Source: Prochlorococcus sp. AG-679-M23
GTDB taxonomy: Bacteria > Cyanobacteriota > Cyanobacteriia > PCC-6307 > Cyanobiaceae
DNA length: 64,000 bases
NCBI GenBank assembly: GCA_003208875.1
Contig: QCUR01000006.1
Span: forward strand, 74,872 to 138,871
Reading direction: 5' to 3'
Shown here: positions 11,053 through 21,017 of the stretch, piece by piece
Numbering within the stretch: the stretch's first letter is position 1
How the letters are laid out: each line of letters opens with the position of its first letter
The notes under the pieces: model-generated
The model's input: only the letters and a program-made list of their open reading frames with translations
Told to the model about the DNA's origin: nothing
Database searches by the model: none
Program-made: the position numbers and the translations under genes

Positions 11053-12120
11053 CTATAAATCTGAAGATATTTCTACTAGTTTAGCCACAAGTTGATCAAT
11101 ATTTAAACCTGAAGCATTCCAAAGCATAGGAAACATACTTTTACTAGTAAAACCAGGAATTGTATTTATTTCATTCAGAAAAATTTTATTTGAAATCTTC
11201 TCTAAAAAGAAATCAACCCTTGCAAAACCATAAATGTTTAATGCTCTACAACTTCTAATAGTCATATCTTTAATTTGTTTAGAGATTTGAGAATCAATAT
11301 CAGCTGGAATAATTATTTGATTATCCATCGAATATTTTGAATCATAATCGTACCAATCTGTTGAATAAGAAACTTCACCGATTTCAGATGTGGTAAGTTT
11401 TAAATTACCAATTATTCCGCATTCAAGTTCTCTTACATCTAAACCTTCCTCGATAACAATTCTTGAGTCTATTTCCCAAGCCTTTTGTAATGCTTTAATT
11501 ATTTCTGATTTTGTTTTAGCTTTTGAAATACCAAGTGATGAACCTGAATTAGCAGGTTTAATAAAAACTGGTAGCTTTAATTTTTCGATAATCTCAACAG
11601 ATAGATTATTTTTTACATTTTCATCACTAAGATCTCGATTTTGGATATCTAAATAATTTACTTGGGGAATTTCTAGATGTGAAAATATTTTTTTCATTAA
11701 TATCTTATCCATTCCAAGAGCGGAACCTAAAATTCCTCCTCCCACAATGGGCTTTTGGGTAAATTTTAATAAACCATGAATTGCACCATCTTCTCCATTT
11801 ACACCATGCAAAAGTGGGAACCATACATCAATACCTTGAAATTCTATTTTGTTTAAAAAGTTTATTTCTCCTTTAGGTAATACTTGGTACTTATCGGCGG
11901 TTTCATTTTTATTCTTTTCTTTTAGTAATTCGAGAGATTGGTCGTTATCAAGCCAAACTCCATGCTTATTTATATAAAAAGCTTTAACCGTAAATCTACC
12001 AATGTTTGTTTTGGAAATTAAGGCTTTAAAAACTGTCTTAGCTGAAGATATTGAAACAAAATGTTCGTTAGAATTTCCTCCAAAAATTATTCCAATACAT
12101 TTTTTTTCTTTTTCTAACAC
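11053..12120 (-). CDS. ddl: D-alanine--D-alanine ligase
   Basis: FGGNSNEH, LHGVNGEDG, GSSLGI and NEINTIPGFT motifs. Confidence 0.97.
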   Translation of the reverse strand: MLEKEKKCIGIIFGGNSNEHFVSISSAKTVFKALISKTNIGRFTVKAFYINKHGVWLDNDQSLELLKEKNKNETADKYQVLPKGEINFLNKIEFQGIDVWFPLLHGVNGEDGAIHGLLKFTQKPIVGGGILGSALGMDKILMKKIFSHLEIPQVNYLDIQNRDLSDENVKNNLSVEIIEKLKLPVFIKPANSGSSLGISKAKTKSEIIKALQKAWEIDSRIVIEEGLDVRELECGIIGNLKLTTSEIGEVSYSTDWYDYDSKYSMDNQIIIPADIDSQISKQIKDMTIRSCRALNIYGFARVDFFLEKISNKIFLNEINTIPGFTSKSMFPMLWNASGLNIDQLVAKLVEISSDL

Positions 12121-12129
12121 TTAGAAAAA

Positions 12130-13518
12130 TTACTCATATATTTGACCGCTTAAAGAAAAAGATCTCGCTTCCGTTATTTTGACATTTATTTCATCACCAA
12201 AATTAAATCCAATATTTTTTGGTATTTCTATAAAAGTAAGTCTATTCGTTCTGGTCCTTCCCATTATTTGTGAGGTATTTTTTGGATTCATGCCCTCAAT
12301 TAGGACACTTTCAATATTATTTAAATATCTTTGATTTCTTTTTCTAGAGGTTGTTTCAACTAATTCATTAATTTCTTTTAATCTTTCCTTTTTAACTTCT
12401 TCAGGAATTTGATTATCCCAAATAGCTGCTGGGGTATTTGGTCTTGGAGAATAGGCGGCGGTCATAACTTGATCAAAGCCAATATCAGATATTAATTTTA
12501 ATGTCTCACGATATTGGTTTTCTGTTTCTCCAGGGAAAGCAACTATTGCATCAGCAGTAACTGATGCATTTGGCATTAATTCTCTTATATTTTCAATTAT
12601 TCTTTTATATTTTTCGATTGTGTAACCTCTAGCCATTAATCTCAGGATTTCATCATTACCACTTTGGAAGGGGATATGAAAATGCTCGCAAACTTTGTCT
12701 AATTCATAACAAGCGTTTATAAGTCTTTTTGAAAAATATTTTGGATGACTTGTAGAAAATCTTATTCTCTTAATCCCCTCTACATCATGAATAAAATAGA
12801 GAAGATCAGTAAGGTTATTTTCCTTCCGGCCTTCTTTTGTCGTTCCAGGAAGATCTCTACCGTAGGCATCAATATTTTGCCCTAAAAGAGTTACCTCTTT
12901 AAAATCATTATGAGCTAAAGTTTCTATTTCACTTTTAATTGCATCTGGATATCTTGACTGTTCTTTACCTCTAACAGATGGGACAACACAATAAGAGCAT
13001 CTTTCATTGCAACCATAAATGATATTCACCCAACCACAAATAGAGCTATCTCTTCTTGGATTAGTTATATCTTCAGATATAAAAGTTTCTTCAGTGGCTA
13101 CGACCTGATTACCTGAATCAACTCTCTCTAAAAGATTTTCAAGATTGTTGACGTGTTGTGGCCCCATTATTAGATCAAGTTCGGGCACTCTTCTCAAAAG
13201 AGATTCACCCTCTTGTTGTGCGAGGCAACCTGCCACAACTAATTTTAAGTTTGGAGTACTATGCTTTCTTTTGACTTGTTTTCCTAAAAAACTGTAAACC
13301 TTTTGCTGAGCACTATCTCTTATTGTGCAGGTGTTATATAAAACTAAATCCGCTTTTAATTCATCAATAGCTCTGGAATATCCCATTTTTTCAAGAGTAC
13401 CAGCCATCCTTTCGGAATCGGCCTTATTCATTTGGCAACCAAAAGTTGTTATCCAATAACTACCAATAGAGGAATTTTTGTAAGTCTTTTCTTCTTCTTG
13501 GATTGGTTTGGTTAGCAC
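12130..13518 (-). CDS. miaB: tRNA-i6A37 methylthiotransferase
   Basis: [31 protein letters not shown] and a C-terminal TRAM domain. Confidence 0.97.
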   Translation of the reverse strand: MLTKPIQEEEKTYKNSSIGSYWITTFGCQMNKADSERMAGTLEKMGYSRAIDELKADLVLYNTCTIRDSAQQKVYSFLGKQVKRKHSTPNLKLVVAGCLAQQEGESLLRRVPELDLIMGPQHVNNLENLLERVDSGNQVVATEETFISEDITNPRRDSSICGWVNIIYGCNERCSYCVVPSVRGKEQSRYPDAIKSEIETLAHNDFKEVTLLGQNIDAYGRDLPGTTKEGRKENNLTDLLYFIHDVEGIKRIRFSTSHPKYFSKRLINACYELDKVCEHFHIPFQSGNDEILRLMARGYTIEKYKRIIENIRELMPNASVTADAIVAFPGETENQYRETLKLISDIGFDQVMTAAYSPRPNTPAAIWDNQIPEEVKKERLKEINELVETTSRKRNQRYLNNIESVLIEGMNPKNTSQIMGRTRTNRLTFIEIPKNIGFNFGDEINVKITEARSFSLSGQIYE

Positions 13519-13593
13519 TTTGCAAAAAAGTTTTGATGGCCTTTTGTTAATTCAAAATTATAATTTAAATAATTTTGGAGCAATATTTTTGAG

Positions 13594-13667
13594 GGCGAGC
13601 GAGGGGATTCGAACCCCCGAATAGCGGCGCCACAAGCCACTGCCTTAACCACTTGGCGACGCCCGCC
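13594..13667 (-). tRNA. trnH: tRNA-His(GUG)
   Basis: Reverse complement GGCGGGCGTCGCCAAGTGGTTAAGGCAGTGGCTTGTGGCGCCGCTATTCGGGGGTTCGAATCCCCTCGCTCGCC; G-1:C73 and anticodon GTG. Confidence 0.96.
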
Positions 13668-13801
13668 TCACATATATAAATTTAACAACTTACGTGTAAA
13701 ATTTCATGCATATTTGTACGTTTTAGAAGATTTTGAAGTATTTTCCTATTTCTATATAAGCTTTATTGATGTTTTAAAATAAAACAAAAGCATATTAAAT
13801 C

Positions 13802-15037
13802 TTGATCAACTCCGGAAAAACAGAGGTTCTTATACCCAGATGCCTTTGTGAAATAGAAAATGCTGATAACCTCAATGTTGATGATGAAGGTTTTGCTTCT
13901 GTTTTTGTTGCTTGGGAAAAAGGAATTGTTTCTGAACTTAAGCCGATAAATATCAAAAATAAAAAACCAAATAAAATTCTTTTTCCAAGATTTGTTGAGA
14001 CTCACTCACATCTCGATAAAGCTTTCACTTTTGGAGAGTTTCCTAATTTTAAATCAAACTATCAAGAGGCCTTATCAGTAAATTTGGAGGAGCATAAAAC
14101 TAGGTCTAAAATTAAAGTTTTAGAGAGAGCTGAAAAATCACTCAACTTGGCTCTTAAAAATGGTTATAGAGCTATTAGGAGTCATGTTGATACTTACGAA
14201 AGTCAGGATAATAATATTTGGGATGAGCTTTTTAAACTCCAAAAAAAATATTCCTCTAAGTTGAAATTGCAATATGTAGCATTAGCTCCATTGGAGTTTT
14301 GGGATACTCCCCATGGAGAGGAATTGGCAAAAAAGTTTTCTAAGGAAAAGGGCATTTTAGGAGGAGTTCTTGTTCCTCCATTTATAAATAAAGCAAAAAT
14401 AAAATACTTACTCTCTAAAACTCTCTTGCTTGCAGATAAATATAAATTAGAAATTGATTTGCACATAGATGAATCAACTATTGAGCCAGGAGCGGGTATA
14501 AAAGTTCTTTTGGAAACTATTGATAGATTAAATATTAAAGTTCCAATAACTTGTAGTCATTTAAGTAGTATTTTATCTCTAGATAATAATGAAATACTTA
14601 ATCTGGGAAGCAAAATTGCTGAGAAAGATATAAAAGTGATTGCACTTCCTCTTACAAATTTCTGGTTGCTCAATCGGAAAGAACAAATTACACCCTTAAA
14701 TAGACCAGTCGCACCAATAAAGCAACTACAAAAATCATTAGTCGATGTTTCTATCGGTAGCGATAATGTTCAAGATCCCTGGTATCCATTTGGTAATTAC
14801 GATCCCGTTTATTTGATGTCTCTTGCAATGCCAATGCTTCAATTAAATCCTTGGGAAAGATTGACTTTATCTTCCATTTTTTTGTCACCAAGTAGATTAT
14901 TGAATCTAACTTGGGACGGGTTGGTTAAAAAAGGTTGCCCTGTGGATTTTGTGCTTTTTAATGCTGAAAAGTGGGCGGATATTTTCTCAACCAATTTAAA
15001 GAGAGAAGTCCTTATAAACGGCGAAATATATAGCTAA
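13802..15037 (+). CDS. Cytosine-deaminase-like amidohydrolase
   Basis: HSHLDKA, IRSHVD, HIDE and GSDNVQDPWYPFG metal-binding motifs; substrate uncertain. Confidence 0.85.
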   Translation: MINSGKTEVLIPRCLCEIENADNLNVDDEGFASVFVAWEKGIVSELKPINIKNKKPNKILFPRFVETHSHLDKAFTFGEFPNFKSNYQEALSVNLEEHKTRSKIKVLERAEKSLNLALKNGYRAIRSHVDTYESQDNNIWDELFKLQKKYSSKLKLQYVALAPLEFWDTPHGEELAKKFSKEKGILGGVLVPPFINKAKIKYLLSKTLLLADKYKLEIDLHIDESTIEPGAGIKVLLETIDRLNIKVPITCSHLSSILSLDNNEILNLGSKIAEKDIKVIALPLTNFWLLNRKEQITPLNRPVAPIKQLQKSLVDVSIGSDNVQDPWYPFGNYDPVYLMSLAMPMLQLNPWERLTLSSIFLSPSRLLNLTWDGLVKKGCPVDFVLFNAEKWADIFSTNLKREVLINGEIYS

Positions 15038-15076
15038 TCTACTATTTTATATAAATAGTAAAGAAATTAATCATTA

Positions 15077-16432
15077 ATGTCATTAAGAAATTCAAAATTA
15101 ATAGAACAATTAAAAAAAATTGATAATTTAGAAATTATTGAAAGGATATCCGATGTCAAAAGGCTTTCAAAAGACTTTTATAATTATTCTCCAATACTCG
15201 AAAAGAGACTAGATGGTTGTATAGCTGACTTGGCGGTACGACCTATTGATCAAAATGCAGTAAAGAAAGTAGCAGAAATTTGTTGGGAATTTTCGATACC
15301 ACTTACTTTAAGAGGTTCAGGAACAGGTAATTATGGACAAGCGGTCCCATTGTTTAAAGGTATTGTTATGCAAATGAATTGTTTAAATAAAATTGAAGAA
15401 TTTTTTCCTGAGACAGGTTTCGTAAAGGTACAATCTGGATGCTTAATGGGAGATTTAAATAAAGAACTGGAAAAATATGGAAGAGAATTAAGGTTGCTTC
15501 CCAGTACATGGAAAACTGCAACTATAGGAGGATTTATCGCAGGGGGCTCCGGAGGTATTGGATCAATTAGATGGGGATTTTTAAGAGATCCAGGGAATCT
15601 TATAGGTTTAGAAGCCATAACAATAAATGAAGAACCTAAATTACTTAGATTTGATGCTCAAGAATCAGAACCTTTAAATCATGCGTATGGAACTAATGGG
15701 ATTATTACTTCATTATTAATCGCTACTGATATAAAACATAAGTGGTACTCGATAATAATTAACTGTGAAGAATTAAATAAGACAATCGAAATATTAAAAA
15801 CATGTACCACTGCAGCAATTGACTTGAAGCTTGGCGCAATTCTTGAGAAGGAAATCGTAGATCAAATGCCTTCCTGGTTTAAGGGTAAATCTAAAAGTCA
15901 CAAGATTTTGATTCAATCAACGCTTGCGGGGGTAAAAACTATTGAATTAATTTGCAAAAAATATCAAGTTAATTCTTTTCTTCTTGGAGAAGAAGATAAA
16001 TTAACAAATGGAATCTCTGAAGTAGTTTGGAATCATACAACTCTTCATATGAGAGCAAAGGACAAAAACTGGACATATTTACAGATGCTTTTACCTCTAG
16101 ATAAGGAATTCGAATTAATTAATTCTTTGAGAGTAAAATGGGGTAAGAATATTCTTTGGCATATTGAAGCTGTTTCTCAACAAGGAGTCCCTAGATTAGC
16201 TGCTTTGCCTGTAATAAAATGGCATAGTTCAGATCAATTAAACCAAATAATTGATAATTGTAAGAAACTGGGAGCAATTATTTTTAATCCACATGTATTA
16301 ACTGTTGAGGGAGGTGGTTTAGGAGTTATTGATTCTGATCAAGTAAAAGCAAAATTAAGATTTGATCCAAAAGGTTTATTAAATCCTGGTAAATTGCAAG
16401 GGTGGGAAATAAAAGATGAGTTTAATATTTAA
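15077..16432 (+). CDS. FAD-linked oxidoreductase (GlcD/VAO family)
   Basis: RGSGTGNYGQ, ATIGGFIAGGSGG, HAYGTNGII and the terminal FDPKGLLNPGK. Confidence 0.88.
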   Translation: MSLRNSKLIEQLKKIDNLEIIERISDVKRLSKDFYNYSPILEKRLDGCIADLAVRPIDQNAVKKVAEICWEFSIPLTLRGSGTGNYGQAVPLFKGIVMQMNCLNKIEEFFPETGFVKVQSGCLMGDLNKELEKYGRELRLLPSTWKTATIGGFIAGGSGGIGSIRWGFLRDPGNLIGLEAITINEEPKLLRFDAQESEPLNHAYGTNGIITSLLIATDIKHKWYSIIINCEELNKTIEILKTCTTAAIDLKLGAILEKEIVDQMPSWFKGKSKSHKILIQSTLAGVKTIELICKKYQVNSFLLGEEDKLTNGISEVVWNHTTLHMRAKDKNWTYLQMLLPLDKEFELINSLRVKWGKNILWHIEAVSQQGVPRLAALPVIKWHSSDQLNQIIDNCKKLGAIIFNPHVLTVEGGGLGVIDSDQVKAKLRFDPKGLLNPGKLQGWEIKDEFNI

Positions 16433-17661
16433 AACTTTTGATTTTTTGCAAATTTGATAAACTCAGCAACTAAAAATATTGAGCCTGTAAGTACAGGATT
16501 ACATTTTGGCCATTTTTCAAGCTCCAAAAGATAGTTAAAAGCAAGATCAACTTTTTCAAACTCATTTATTTTTAAATGATTTAGCTCATTAATATTAGAA
16601 AGACCTTTTAATGTCCAACTTTCTTGATTAGGAACTGGGACTAAAAGAATATGATCATTTTTTTTAATAAGAACTTTTATCATTGAGGCAATATCTTTGT
16701 GTATTTGGACTCCTAAAATCCAATAAATCCCTTCATGATTATTATTCCAAGTCCCCCTTTCCTCTGAAAGGGCTTTTGCCGCAGAGTAATTATGAGCAGA
16801 ATCAACAAGAATTTTTTTATTAAAACAGTTAATTATTTCTAACCTCCCGCTCCATTTTGCATTTTTAAGTCCCTCCTTAATGGAGCATTCTTTAACCTTA
16901 AATCCAAAATGAATTAGTTCTTCAATTACTCCAATAGCAACAGCTGCGTTTTGTTTTTGAAAATTTCCTTTTAAACCAATTTCATAATCATTAGATAGTG
17001 ATTCTTTCCATATGATTTTTGCCCCTACTTGTTGGACTCTTGCGTTAATTATTTCCTCAACCTCAGCTTCTTGACGACAAGAAATAACAAATGAGTTTTT
17101 TTCTATTACTGCTACTTTTTCTTTTGCAATTTTTTCAATTGAGTCTCCAAGATATTCTTTATGGTCTAAACCTATATTCCCAATAGCAATTATTGGCCTT
17201 AGAGGATGTGCTGTAGTTGCGTCTAATCGTCCACCTAAACCAGCTTCAAGAATTAATAAATCTACTTTTTTAAAATCAAAAAAATATAGTGCACAACAAA
17301 TAATTTGTTCAAAAGGAGATAATTTATGGGTTGAAAGATTATTTTTTATTTTCTTAAAAAGTCTTTCAAATTCTTCCTTACTAATTTTTTCTTTATTTAC
17401 TCTAATCCTTTCACAGATATCAAAAAGGTGAGGAGAAGTAGTAACCCCAATATTCTTTTTATCTGCATAAAGAATATTTTCTATGAAAGCGGTAATCGAA
17501 CCTTTACCATTTGTTCCTACAATTTGAATAGCGGGTATATTTTTGCATGGGTCATCTAAATCTCTTAGAGCATTTTTTATTCTTGATAATCCTAATTGAA
17601 TATTTTCCCTCTCCAATTTGGGCGAGAGCAAATCAAAATTCTCAATGTTTACATTTATCAA
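16429..17661 (-). CDS. folC: Dihydrofolate/folylpolyglutamate synthase
   Basis: GTNGKGS, TSPHL, EAGLGGRLDAT, DSAHN and TGSIFLV motifs. Confidence 0.95.
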   Translation of the reverse strand: MINVNIENFDLLSPKLERENIQLGLSRIKNALRDLDDPCKNIPAIQIVGTNGKGSITAFIENILYADKKNIGVTTSPHLFDICERIRVNKEKISKEEFERLFKKIKNNLSTHKLSPFEQIICCALYFFDFKKVDLLILEAGLGGRLDATTAHPLRPIIAIGNIGLDHKEYLGDSIEKIAKEKVAVIEKNSFVISCRQEAEVEEIINARVQQVGAKIIWKESLSNDYEIGLKGNFQKQNAAVAIGVIEELIHFGFKVKECSIKEGLKNAKWSGRLEIINCFNKKILVDSAHNYSAAKALSEERGTWNNNHEGIYWILGVQIHKDIASMIKVLIKKNDHILLVPVPNQESWTLKGLSNINELNHLKINEFEKVDLAFNYLLELEKWPKCNPVLTGSIFLVAEFIKFAKNQKF

Positions 17662-17673
17662 AATTAATAGAAT

Positions 17674-18849
17674 TTACATCTCTTCGAAAATTAAATCTAA
17701 CTTTTTTAAAAGTATATTGATCTCATTTCTCGAAATTATCAACGGCGGTACAAACCGAATCACGTTTCCTCCGGCAGGTACTAAAAGTAAACCTTTATCA
17801 AAAGCTTTTAATGTGATTGTTTTTGCATCTGTGTAGGAATCATTTATGACAAGACCTTGTATTAATCCTAGTCCTCTTATGCCACTAATAATTTTAGGGA
17901 ATTTCGCTGAAATTTTAGTAAAACCCTCATTTAATTGATTACCTCTTTCGAAAACATTTTTAAGAATTTTACGTCTTTTAATTTCTTCTAAAACTGTTAT
18001 GGCAGCTCTACAAGCAAAGGGATTGCCCCCAAAAGTACTTGCGTGATCTCCAGGGGAAAAAATGTTCGCTTTTTTTTGTACCAATAATGCACCAATCGCA
18101 TGCCCTCCGCCTAATCCTTTAGCTAGTGTGAATCCATCAGGTTCGATTTCTAGATTCTCATATCCCCACATTTTTCCCGTTCTTCCTACTCCACTCTGAA
18201 CTTCATCAAGAATTAAAAGAGAATTGTTTTGATTACAAATTTCTCTTAATTCTTTAAAAAATTTTTTATCTCCAGGTATTACTCCTCCTTCTCCTTGAAT
18301 AGGTTCAACTAAAATTCCTGAAGCTTTTTGGTCATTTTCTTTTAATTTTTCAAATAATTTTTTTACAGAAACAATATCGTTATATTTGAAAAACTTAAAA
18401 CCTTTGATCATCGGTTCAAAACCTTTTTGGTACTTAGGCTGACCAGTAGCACTTAAAGTTGCGAGTGTTCTTCCATGAAAACTAGATTCGGCAGCAAGAA
18501 TAAAAGATTCTTTACCTTTAAATACTGTATTACCATACTTTTTGATTAATTTGATAGCTGCCTCATTTGCTTCAGCACCACTATTACAGAAAAAAACACT
18601 TTCAGCACAACTCTGTTTGGTTAAATATTTGCTTAATTCTTCCTGTTCTTCAATCTTATAAAGATTTGAAATGTGTTGAACTTTTTTTAATTGTGCAGAT
18701 AACTTTTTTCTTAAGATTCTGTTGCTATGCCCTAAACTACACGTTGCTATACCTGCAACAGCATCAAGATATTTTTTCCCTCTATCATCCCATAGCCAAC
18801 ATCCATTACCTTTCTTAAAAGATATATTAAATCTCGAATAAGTATTCAT
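17674..18849 (-). CDS. argD: Acetylornithine aminotransferase (start moved to ATG 18849)
   Basis: NSGAEANE, FHGRT, EPIQGEGG, DEVQSG, AKGLGGG and STFGGNP motifs; the upstream extension in the track is tRNA-Leu. Confidence 0.93.
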   Translation of the reverse strand: MNTYSRFNISFKKGNGCWLWDDRGKKYLDAVAGIATCSLGHSNRILRKKLSAQLKKVQHISNLYKIEEQEELSKYLTKQSCAESVFFCNSGAEANEAAIKLIKKYGNTVFKGKESFILAAESSFHGRTLATLSATGQPKYQKGFEPMIKGFKFFKYNDIVSVKKLFEKLKENDQKASGILVEPIQGEGGVIPGDKKFFKELREICNQNNSLLILDEVQSGVGRTGKMWGYENLEIEPDGFTLAKGLGGGHAIGALLVQKKANIFSPGDHASTFGGNPFACRAAITVLEEIKRRKILKNVFERGNQLNEGFTKISAKFPKIISGIRGLGLIQGLVINDSYTDAKTITLKAFDKGLLLVPAGGNVIRFVPPLIISRNEINILLKKLDLIFEEM

Positions 18850-18854
18850 TAAAG

Positions 18855-18936
18855 TGGGAGCGGTCGGACTTGAACCGACATACCCGAAGGTGCCGCATTT
18901 TGAGTGCGGTGCGTCTACCAATTCCACCACGCTCCC
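18855..18936 (-). tRNA. trnL: tRNA-Leu(CAA)
   Basis: Reverse complement GGGAGCGTGGTGGAATTGGTAGACGCACCGCACTCAAAATGCGGCACCTTCGGGTATGTCGGTTCAAGTCCGACCGCTCCCA; long variable arm, anticodon CAA. Confidence 0.96.
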
Positions 18937-19216
18937 AAGGCTCTTCACAAATAATTAACTTATTTAACTATAACAATAATTCAGGTATTGACTACATTTA
19001 TTGTTTTATAGAAATGAGTTGTAGAAAAAAATAAATAATACTAAAAACAAATTTTAAAATGAACACATTAGATTAGGAATTAAGCTAAAAATATAGTTTT
19101 AGCTACGTTTTTGACACATTAATGCCTCAAAATAGAGCTTTGCAGGCTATTTTTGCGGATTAGGCTTCACGGATAGTAATATTGTGTTATATTTCTTAGT
19201 AGATTTATTAACCACC

Positions 19217-19336
19217 ATGTCAGGAATTAAAACAAAAAATAAAACTCAAAAGTTATCATTTAAATTGGCACCCTATTTATTTATTGCAGTAGCTATTTTC
19301 ACCGCTTTTGGTTCTAACGGAGGTACATGGGTATAA
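19217..19336 (+). CDS. Small single-TM protein, 39 aa (not in track)
   Basis: Translated by hand: MSGIKTKNKTQKLSFKLAPYLFIAVAIFTAFGSNGGTWV*; lies in an otherwise empty ~500-nt spacer. Confidence 0.65.
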   Translation: MSGIKTKNKTQKLSFKLAPYLFIAVAIFTAFGSNGGTWV

Positions 19337-19451
19337 ATGATCTAAAAATTAGTGGATTAAATAAATACTGGTCTCTTCGTTTCTTGGTATTATCCTTCCT
19401 TTTTATTGGTTGTGTTTCACTAGTTAATATAGCTTACGTTTAAAACTAAAT

Positions 19452-20825
19452 TTAAGCCGCTTTTACTTCAGATATTTTTTCTACGTTCAAGTTACCACCA
19501 TCATATTTAGACTCGTTAATCATATTCTTTGTAGTTTGTCTTTTAATTTGAATACCTAATTGAGATAGTTTTAATTCAAAATTTTCGTAACCTCTGTCTA
19601 GATGTTCAAGTCCATATATATGACTTACACTTTTAGTGGTTAAAGCAGCAATTATCAGAGCAGCTGAAGATCTCAAGTCTAACCCAACTAAAGTCATCCC
19701 TCTCAATTTCTTAACTCCGTTTATGTGAGCTATATTATCTTTTAATGTTATAGAACTCCCCATTTGATTTAAAAGCTCAACATGATTCATTCTATTTTCG
19801 AAAATTGTTTCAGTGATCCTAGATCTCCCTTTAGCAATAGTCATTAAAGCCATAAATGGGGCTTGTAAGTCTGTAGGAAATCCCGGGAATGGAGCGGTTT
19901 TTATATCTACTGCTTTAATCTTATTACCTTTTATTGAAATCGAATTTCCTTTTTTTATTATTTTACTGCCACTTTCTTCTAGCTTATTTAATACTGCCTC
20001 TAAGTGGTTTGGAATTACTGGAGAAACTGTAATTGAAGATGAAGTTGCAGCAGCGGCTATTAAAAAAGTTCCTGCTTCAATTCTATCTGGGATTACTTTA
20101 TGAGTACATCCATGAAGTTTTTGCACTCCATCAATAATTATTTTTTCTTTACCAGAGTCATAAATTTTTGCTCCCATTTTATTTAACATCTGACATAAAT
20201 CTTGAATTTCAGGCTCCCTTGCCGCATTTTCTATCACAGTTCTGCCTTCTGCTAAGGATGCCGCCATTATTAACGTTTCAGTAGCCCCAACACTTGGACA
20301 ATTTAATCTGATATTTGCACCAAATAGGTTACTTTTTTTCTCGACTAGTTTTGCCTTTACGACATCTCTGTCAATAATAATTTCTGCACCTAGTGCCCTT
20401 AGTCCATTTATATGCTCGTTGATAGGTCTTTCCCCAATATTGCACCCACCAGGTAAAGGTATTGAAGCTTCCCCAAATCTTGTTAATAATGCTCCAATAC
20501 AAAAGAAACTAGCTCTTAATCCATTTACAAGTTCATATGGAAGTTCTCGTATGGATATATTCTTTGAATCAATTATTAATTGATGATCTTTATTATGTAA
20601 TTTAACTCCTAAATTCTGAAGTATATTTCCCATTTTCTCAATATCAGTCAGAATAGGAACATTATCTAATATGATTTTTTCGTCAGTTAGTAATGATGCT
20701 GCAAGTAATACTAATGCTGAATTTTTTGCACCACTTATTTTCACCTCTCCTCTTAAGGTATTTTGGCCAATAATCTTTAAATGTTGGGATTTAAGATATG
20801 ACTTATTATTGCTTTCGCAAACCAT
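19452..20825 (-). CDS. murA: UDP-N-acetylglucosamine 1-carboxyvinyltransferase
   Basis: SGAKNSAL, LPGGCNIGERP, SVGATE, PGFPTDLQ and LDRGYE motifs. Confidence 0.97.
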   Translation of the reverse strand: MVCESNNKSYLKSQHLKIIGQNTLRGEVKISGAKNSALVLLAASLLTDEKIILDNVPILTDIEKMGNILQNLGVKLHNKDHQLIIDSKNISIRELPYELVNGLRASFFCIGALLTRFGEASIPLPGGCNIGERPINEHINGLRALGAEIIIDRDVVKAKLVEKKSNLFGANIRLNCPSVGATETLIMAASLAEGRTVIENAAREPEIQDLCQMLNKMGAKIYDSGKEKIIIDGVQKLHGCTHKVIPDRIEAGTFLIAAAATSSSITVSPVIPNHLEAVLNKLEESGSKIIKKGNSISIKGNKIKAVDIKTAPFPGFPTDLQAPFMALMTIAKGRSRITETIFENRMNHVELLNQMGSSITLKDNIAHINGVKKLRGMTLVGLDLRSSAALIIAALTTKSVSHIYGLEHLDRGYENFELKLSQLGIQIKRQTTKNMINESKYDGGNLNVEKISEVKAA

Positions 20826-21017
20826 TAAGAATATTTTTTATTGGTTTAATAATGACAAATTAAATATAGTAAGTCCACCTTGTGTAACGCGATGAATATT
20901 AATTAATACTAAAGGGTGAAAATTTAAATGGATAAGAATTAAGATTAAAAGAAAAATAATTGTTCGTAATATTTTAATAACTAAAATGTGTTTAATATCA
21001 AAATTATTTAAATTACA

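Noticed and set aside
13695..13710. NtcA-like site TGTA-N8-TGCA upstream of the deaminase
   Set aside because: The TAC half-site is mismatched and there is no convincing -10 at the expected spacing.
18850..18948. 33-aa N-terminal extension of ArgD
   Set aside because: It is translated tRNA-Leu sequence and unlikely to be protein; the arrangement is reported as a finding instead.
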